A stretch of DNA of 32,000 nucleotides from Burkholderia guangdongensis (lineage in GTDB: Bacteria; Pseudomonadota; Gammaproteobacteria; Burkholderiales; Burkholderiaceae): positions 157,889 through 189,888 of the forward strand of contig NZ_JACBNX010000002.1 in the NCBI RefSeq assembly GCF_013403875.1. The letters are read 5' to 3'. This document shows positions 27,198-32,000 of this stretch, piece after piece. The notes below the pieces were generated by a model, which ran no database searches, was not told where the DNA came from, and saw only the letters and a program-made list of their open reading frames with translations. Position numbers and translations under genes: made by a program. The first letter of the stretch is position 1; each line of letters begins with the position of its first letter.

Positions 27198-28388
27198 TTG
27201 AAACCGCCTCGCACCGCTCCCGCTCCGTACCCCGTCACCGATCTGCACCGCACGTTCGCCGCGCGCCTCGTCGCGTGGCAGCGCGAGCACGGCCGCCACG
27301 ACCTGCCGTGGCAGAACACGCGCGATCCGTACCGGATCTGGCTGTCGGAGATCATGCTGCAGCAGACGCAGGTGTCGACCGTCATCCCGTATTACGCGCG
27401 CTTTCTCGAACGTTATCCGAGCGTCGCCGCGCTCGCGGCCGCGCCGCTCGACGACGTGATGGCGCTGTGGGCCGGCCTCGGCTACTACTCTCGCGCGCGC
27501 AACCTGCATCGCTGCGCGCAGGCCGTCGTCGCCGAGCACGGCGGCGCATTTCCGGCGACGCCCGACGCGCTCGCCGAGCTGCCCGGCATCGGCCGCTCGA
27601 CCGCGGCGGCGATCGCGTCGTTCGCGTACGGCGCGCGCGCGACGATTCTCGACGGCAACGTGAAGCGCGTGCTCGCGCGTGTGTTCGGCGTCGAGGGTTT
27701 CCCGGGCGAGAAGCGCGTCGAGAACGACATGTGGGCGCTCGCCGAATCGCTGCTGCCTGGTGTGGCCGATGCGGTGGCCGATGCGGTGGCAGATGCGGCG
27801 GCCGATACGGTGACCGGCGCGGCGGCCGATGCCGACGAAGTGAGCGCGTATACGCAAGGGCTGATGGATCTCGGCGCGACGCTCTGCATGCGCGGCAAAC
27901 CCGATTGCGCGCGCTGCCCGTTCGCGGGCGACTGCGTCGCGCAGTCGACGGGGCGCCAGCGCGAACTGCCGGCCGCGCGGCCGAAGAAGGCGGTGCCGAC
28001 GCGCAAGACGTGGATGCTCGTGCTGCGCGACGGCGACGCGGTGTTGCTCGAGCGGCGTCCGCCCGCGGGCATCTGGGGCGGACTGTGGAGCCTGCCGGAA
28101 GCCGACGGGGAACCCGCGCTCGCCGAGCGCGCGCGCCGGCTCGGCGGCGCCGGCCCGGTGCCGCTCGCGCCGCTCACGCATACGTTCACGCATTTCCGGC
28201 TCGAGATCGAGCCGCGGCTGAGCGATGTCCGCGAATCGGGCGCGGCGGTGCCCGGCGCGGGAGCGCACGCGGTTCACGAGGTGCACGACGCCCAAACCGC
28301 GTGGGTGCCGCTGTCCGGGCTCGATGCGTACGGCGTGCCCGCGCCGGTGCGCAAACTGCTCGACGGATTGACCGGCACGCTGCTTTGA
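27198..28388 (+). CDS. mutY: A/G-specific adenine DNA glycosylase
   Basis: The frame is that of ORF 26874..28388. No ATG precedes the conserved LPWQ..RDPYRIWLSEIMLQQTQV motif, so the in-frame TTG at 27198 is the proposed start. It has an HhH motif, a 4Cys cluster loop (C..GKPDCARCPFAGDC) and a NUDIX-like C-terminus. Confidence 0.8.
   Translation: MKPPRTAPAPYPVTDLHRTFAARLVAWQREHGRHDLPWQNTRDPYRIWLSEIMLQQTQVSTVIPYYARFLERYPSVAALAAAPLDDVMALWAGLGYYSRARNLHRCAQAVVAEHGGAFPATPDALAELPGIGRSTAAAIASFAYGARATILDGNVKRVLARVFGVEGFPGEKRVENDMWALAESLLPGVADAVADAVADAAADTVTGAAADADEVSAYTQGLMDLGATLCMRGKPDCARCPFAGDCVAQSTGRQRELPAARPKKAVPTRKTWMLVLRDGDAVLLERRPPAGIWGGLWSLPEADGEPALAERARRLGGAGPVPLAPLTHTFTHFRLEIEPRLSDVRESGAAVPGAGAHAVHEVHDAQTAWVPLSGLDAYGVPAPVRKLLDGLTGTLL
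27762..27833 (+). repeat. in-frame degenerate 12-bp tandem repeat inside mutY (GTGGCCGATGCG-like, about 4-6 units)
   Basis: gtggccgatgcg gtggccgatgcg gtggcagatgcg gcggccgatacg gtgaccggcgcg gcggccgatgcc encodes VADAVADAVADAAADTVTGAAADA. Confidence 0.85.
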
Positions 28389-28459
28389 TGCGGGGTTGCC
28401 GCGCATTCAGCGGCGAACGACGGGAAGGTGACACGCGCGCGCAGCCGCCGCGCGCGCGC

Positions 28460-29095
28460 TCAAAGCCAGCCGTGCCGGTTGAGCACGTGATGCACGGCGT
28501 CGATTCGCGCGCCGACGTCGGGAAACTCCATCAGCTTCTGCCGCGCGCGCAGGTCGAGCGGCAGCACTTCCGATAGCCGGTTCGACACCCAGGTCGGATC
28601 GTCGAGCCTGAACGGCTCGGCGAACGGCAGCTCGCAGTTCTCGGTCTTGCGCAGCGCCGCGATGATGCGCTCGAGCACTTCCGCGCACGCGCCGAACTGC
28701 GCGAGCGCCTGCTCGCCTTCGAGCGGAATGTCGTCGGGCAGCGGCTCGGCGATGCCGACGAGCAACCCGTTCGATTCGGTCCGGTGCGACAGCAGCTCGA
28801 AGCGCTGCGTGCCGACCGCCTGCAGATACAGCATCCCGAACTCGCCGGTGTCGCACGACACGATGCGCGCCATGCAGCCGATCGTCTCGGGCACCGACAC
28901 CGCGCCTTCCTGCGCGACCTCCGGCCCGCTCTTCAGCAGGCAGACGCCGAACGGCGCGTCGTCGCGCAGGCATGCGCGCACCATGTCGAGATAGCGCGCC
29001 TCGAACACCTTCAGCGGCAGCGAGCCTCCCGGGAACAACACCGTATGCAGCGGAAACAGCGGCAAGTCTACTAACGTGGTCGAAAGTGATGACAT
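28460..29095 (-). CDS. LON N-terminal (substrate-binding) domain protein
   Basis: ORF 28460..29164, trimmed to ATG 29095. LPLFPLHTVLFPGGSLPLKVFEARYLDMV... is the typical LON/PUA-like N-domain start. Confidence 0.75.
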   Translation of the reverse strand: MSSLSTTLVDLPLFPLHTVLFPGGSLPLKVFEARYLDMVRACLRDDAPFGVCLLKSGPEVAQEGAVSVPETIGCMARIVSCDTGEFGMLYLQAVGTQRFELLSHRTESNGLLVGIAEPLPDDIPLEGEQALAQFGACAEVLERIIAALRKTENCELPFAEPFRLDDPTWVSNRLSEVLPLDLRARQKLMEFPDVGARIDAVHHVLNRHGWL

Positions 29096-29117
29096 GGCGC
29101 GGACCGAAGGGTGGGCT

Positions 29118-30011
29118 CTAGGTGACGAGCCGCGACGACGCGCCGACATCCACGGGCGCGTCACGATGCCGCACGATCACGTTCGCCTGGCGCGCGAGGC
29201 GCGTCGCGAGCGTTTCCGCGATGAAGACCGAGCGATGCTGGCCGCCGGTGCAGCCGATCGCGACCGTCAGATAACTGCGGTTGTCTTCGCGGAAATGCGG
29301 TAGCCATTTGTCGAGGAACGCATGGATGTCGTCGATCATCCGGTGGACGATCGGCAGTGCGTCGAGAAACGTGATGACCGGCTGGTCGAGCCCGGTGAGC
29401 GGGCGCAGCTCGCGGTCGTAGTACGGGTTCGGCAGCGCGCGCACGTCGAACATGAAGTCGGCGTCGAGCGGCACGCCGCGCTTGAATCCGAACGACTCGA
29501 ACATCAGCACGAGGTCGTCGTTGGCCAGCTCGAGAAAGCGCTTGACCCACGTGCGCAGCACGTTCGCGCGCAGGCTGCTCGTGTCGATCTGATGGCCGAA
29601 CTCGGCGAGCGGTGCGACGAGGTCGCGCTCGCGCTCGATCGCCTCTTCGAGCGACGTCAGCAGCCCGACGTCCGCGTCGTGCGACGGCGAGCCGGACAGC
29701 GGATGGCGGCGGCGCGTTTCGGAGAAACGCTGGATCAGCGACTGCGTGCTCGCGTTCAGGAACAGCACGCGCACGTCGTGGTCGCGCGACAGCGTGCGGA
29801 TCAGCCCGGGCAGCTCGTCGAGCGATGCGCTCGAGCGCGCGTCGATCGCGACCGCGAGCCGGCGCTGCCCGGCCTCGTCAAGGCAGCGGGTCAGCTCCGG
29901 CAGCACGTGCGGCGGCAGATTGTCGACGCAGTAGAAGCCCGCGTCCTCGAGCGCGTTCAGCGCAACGGACTTGCCGGAGCCGGAAATGCCGGTGATGAGG
30001 ACAATGCGCAT
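29118..30011 (-). CDS. rapZ: RNase adapter protein RapZ (YhbJ)
   Basis: [33 protein letters not shown] is present, with the C-terminal ...[11 protein letters not shown]... Confidence 0.9.
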   Translation of the reverse strand: MRIVLITGISGSGKSVALNALEDAGFYCVDNLPPHVLPELTRCLDEAGQRRLAVAIDARSSASLDELPGLIRTLSRDHDVRVLFLNASTQSLIQRFSETRRRHPLSGSPSHDADVGLLTSLEEAIERERDLVAPLAEFGHQIDTSSLRANVLRTWVKRFLELANDDLVLMFESFGFKRGVPLDADFMFDVRALPNPYYDRELRPLTGLDQPVITFLDALPIVHRMIDDIHAFLDKWLPHFREDNRSYLTVAIGCTGGQHRSVFIAETLATRLARQANVIVRHRDAPVDVGASSRLVT

Positions 30012-30096
30012 GGGGAAGGGCAGAAGGCTGACGTTTCATCATAGCACCGGCCAGCCGCGCCCGCGCCCGACTTGGGGGCCGGCCGGCCGGTGCAGG

Positions 30097-31065
30097 TCAT
30101 ACGAGCTTGCCGGGAAACTGGCTGTCGGGATCCTGCATCGCGAGCCGCTGGCGATCCATGAAATCGCGCAGCGTGTCGATCCCGCGAAGCTGCAGGATCG
30201 TGTTGCGGACCGCCGCCTCGACGAGCACCGCGAGGTTGCGGCCGGCCGCGACCTGGATCGTCACCTTGCTGATCGGCAAACCGAGCACGTCGACGGTCTG
30301 GCTTTCGAGCGGCAGCCGCTGGAACTCGCCGTCCGGGCGCCGCACGAGCTGCACGATCAGCTTCAGCTTCATCTTCCGCCGCACGGCGGTTTCGCCGAAG
30401 ATCGTCTTGATGTCGAGCAGGCCGAGGCCGCGCACTTCGAGCAGGTTCTGCAGCAGCGGCGGGCAGCGCCCTTCGACGAAATCGGGGCCGAGGCGGACGA
30501 AATCGACCGCGTCGTCCGCGACGAGCCCGTGGCCGCGGCTGATCAGCTCGAGGCCGAGTTCGCTCTTGCCGAGGCCGGAGTCGCCGGTCAGCAGCACGCC
30601 CATCCCGAGGATGTCGAGGAACACGCCGTGCAGCGTCGCGCGCGGCGCGAGGATCCGCGACATGTAGAGCCGCAGGCTGTCGATCACCGCGGCGGCCGAC
30701 ATCGGCGTCGTGAACAGCGGCGTCGACGAGCGCGTGCAGCGCAGCACCAGCTCCGGCGGCGCGGCGGCCCCGCCGGCGACGACGAGGAACGGCGGCTCCA
30801 GCGCGATCAGCTCGGCCATGTGGCGCGAGCGGTCTTCGTCGGTTTGCCGCTGGTAGTAGTCGATCTCGGCCTCGCCGAGCACCTGGATCCGGTTCGGGTG
30901 GATCAGGTTCAAGTGGCCGACGAGGTCGGCGCTCGACGTCGCGTTCGCGACGGTGTCCGCGGAAAAGCCGCGTTCCCAGCCTTCATGCCCCGTCAGCCAG
31001 CTCAGCTTCAGCATGGCGGCGTTGTCGTCGAAGATGCTCTGGGCGTTGATGCTGGACGTATCCAT
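30097..31065 (-). CDS. hprK: HPr kinase/phosphorylase
   Basis: 322-aa ORF with ...[38 protein letters not shown]... Confidence 0.9.
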
Positions 31066-31186
31066 GAGTCCGTCACTCCTAAGGTCCGGCGCGCGGGCGG
31101 CGGCGAGTGGACGTCGCTGCGCGGGCCGGCGCCGGGCGGCCCCTGCCGCCCGGTCGGGCGAACAGGGCCTAAACGCCCGAATCAGC

Positions 31187-31642
31187 TCAAGGTTGCCACT
31201 GAGTGAGCAGGCGATGCAACTCGACCTGATCCGTCTCGGTGTGCAGGCGATCGCGCGCGTCGCGATCGGACAGCAGTTGCGCGATCTCGGACAGGATCTC
31301 GAGATGCTGCTGCGTCGCCTGCTCGGGAACGAGCAGGAAGATCAGCAGGCCGACCGGCTGGCCGTCGGGCGCCTCGAACGGAATCGGATCGGCAAGCCGC
31401 ACGAACGCGGCGAGCGGATGCTTGAGGCCCTTGATGCGACCGTGCGGAATCGCGACGCCTTCGCCGAGCCCGGTCGAGCCGAGGCGCTCCCGCGCGAACA
31501 GATTGTCGGTCACGGTGCTGCGGGCGACGCCGTTCTGATTTTCGAAAATCAGCCCGGCTTGTTCGAAGACGCGTTTCTTGCTGGTGACGGAGAGGTCGAC
31601 GACGACGTTCTCGATGGGCAGGATTTTGGCTAGGCGATTCAT
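31187..31642 (-). CDS. ptsN: PTS IIA-like nitrogen regulatory protein (EIIA-Ntr)
   Basis: 151 aa with ...[19 protein letters not shown]... (the phosphorylatable His context). Confidence 0.9.
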
Positions 31643-31833
31643 GTTGGCATGCGAATGGGGCGGCCTGGGGTCTCTTCGCGGCGGCAGACGGACGCATCGA
31701 CATCGACGCGTCGGGCGACACCCGAACTGCTGCGTACGGCGAACCGTTTATCGACGCCCCCCGGCAATAACCGGAGCATTATAGAACACTGCCGAGCGCA
31801 TGGCGCGGCGCGCCCGGACGCGCCCGGCACTCC

Positions 31834-31860
31834 AAAAAAAACGCCCGGCGAACCGGGCGT
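31834..31860 (-). terminator. intrinsic terminator after hpf
   Basis: On the minus strand, ACGCCCGG-ttcg-CCGGGCGT is followed by T8. It lies 24 nt after the hpf stop. Confidence 0.7.
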
Positions 31861-31883
31861 GGCTTGCATGCGTCGGCACGTCG

Positions 31884-32000
31884 TCATTGCGGCGGCAGTT
31901 CGATCTGCTCGACGGACGGCTGGAGCTTGATCGGGTCGTGCGCGTGCGTCTGCAGGCGCTCCATGTGCTTGACGACCTGGCGGTCGAGTTTGTCGATCAG
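31884..32000 (-). CDS. hpf: ribosome hibernation promoting factor, C-terminal end (gene starts beyond the window)
   Basis: The reverse complement reads ...LIDKLDRQVVKHMERLQTHAHDPIKLQPSVEQIELPPQ*. The position upstream of ptsN-hprK-rapZ is the conserved rpoN-cluster order. Confidence 0.75.
   Translation of the reverse strand: MIDKLDRQVVKHMERLQTHAHDPIKLQPSVEQIELPPQ

Noticed and set aside
24538-31206. Long antisense ORFs 24538..26328 (+), 26294..27385 (-), 27177..28406 (-), 27275..28576 (+), 28407..28973 (-), 29322..30044 (+), 29971..31206 (+) and 30953..31633 (+)
   Set aside because: All are opposite or off-frame to genes with unambiguous signatures (TPR protein, mutM, mutY, LON-domain protein, rapZ, hprK, ptsN), and their composition is high-GC artefact.
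29118-32000. hpf-ptsN-hprK-rapZ cluster as something unusual (HPr kinase in a Gram-negative)
   Set aside because: This is the conserved rpoN-region arrangement known for beta-proteobacteria. Nothing in the sequence departs from it.

Overview
The backbone is a high-GC, Burkholderia-like betaproteobacterial chromosome; the genus is inferred from composition and synteny only. Its housekeeping gene order is leuA', ybiB-like, maiA, ftsY, rsmD, coaD, [island], yfhL-type ferredoxin, hisC, pth, rplY, prs, tRNA-Gln, ispE, lolB, TPR protein, mutM, mutY, LON-domain protein, rapZ, hprK, ptsN, hpf'. At about 5540-18681 the backbone is interrupted by a ~13.1 kb visibly lower-GC integrative island inserted into the first ~12 codons of the ferredoxin gene. 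The island is bounded by a 39-bp direct repeat with one mismatch. It carries a tyrosine integrase next to attL and supplies a replacement promoter, RBS and 5' end for the ferredoxin gene at attR. Island cargo, in order: a T5orf172/GIY-YIG-like nuclease-domain protein; a small HUH-motif (Rep or Y1-transposase-like) protein; a second, catalytic-domain-only tyrosine recombinase; two diverged paralogous 7-Cys mini-proteins in inverted orientation around a porin/MarR/membrane-protein module; a membrane-anchored TPR protein; and a co-oriented cassette built around a truncated clamp-loader (RFC/gp44)-like AAA+ ATPase with unrecognisable partners. A ~17-29 bp palindromic element (consensus about AATTGTCGGTTTAACCGACAATT) recurs five times in a nested pattern inside the island. 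An inverted ferredoxin-gene fragment lies near the right end and starts exactly at the att junction hexamer CAATTG. No function for the unknown cassettes can be proven from sequence alone; the most interesting candidates are flagged below. The backbone also contains 9-bp tandem repeat arrays abutting the hisC stop codon and an in-frame 12-bp repeat inside mutY.
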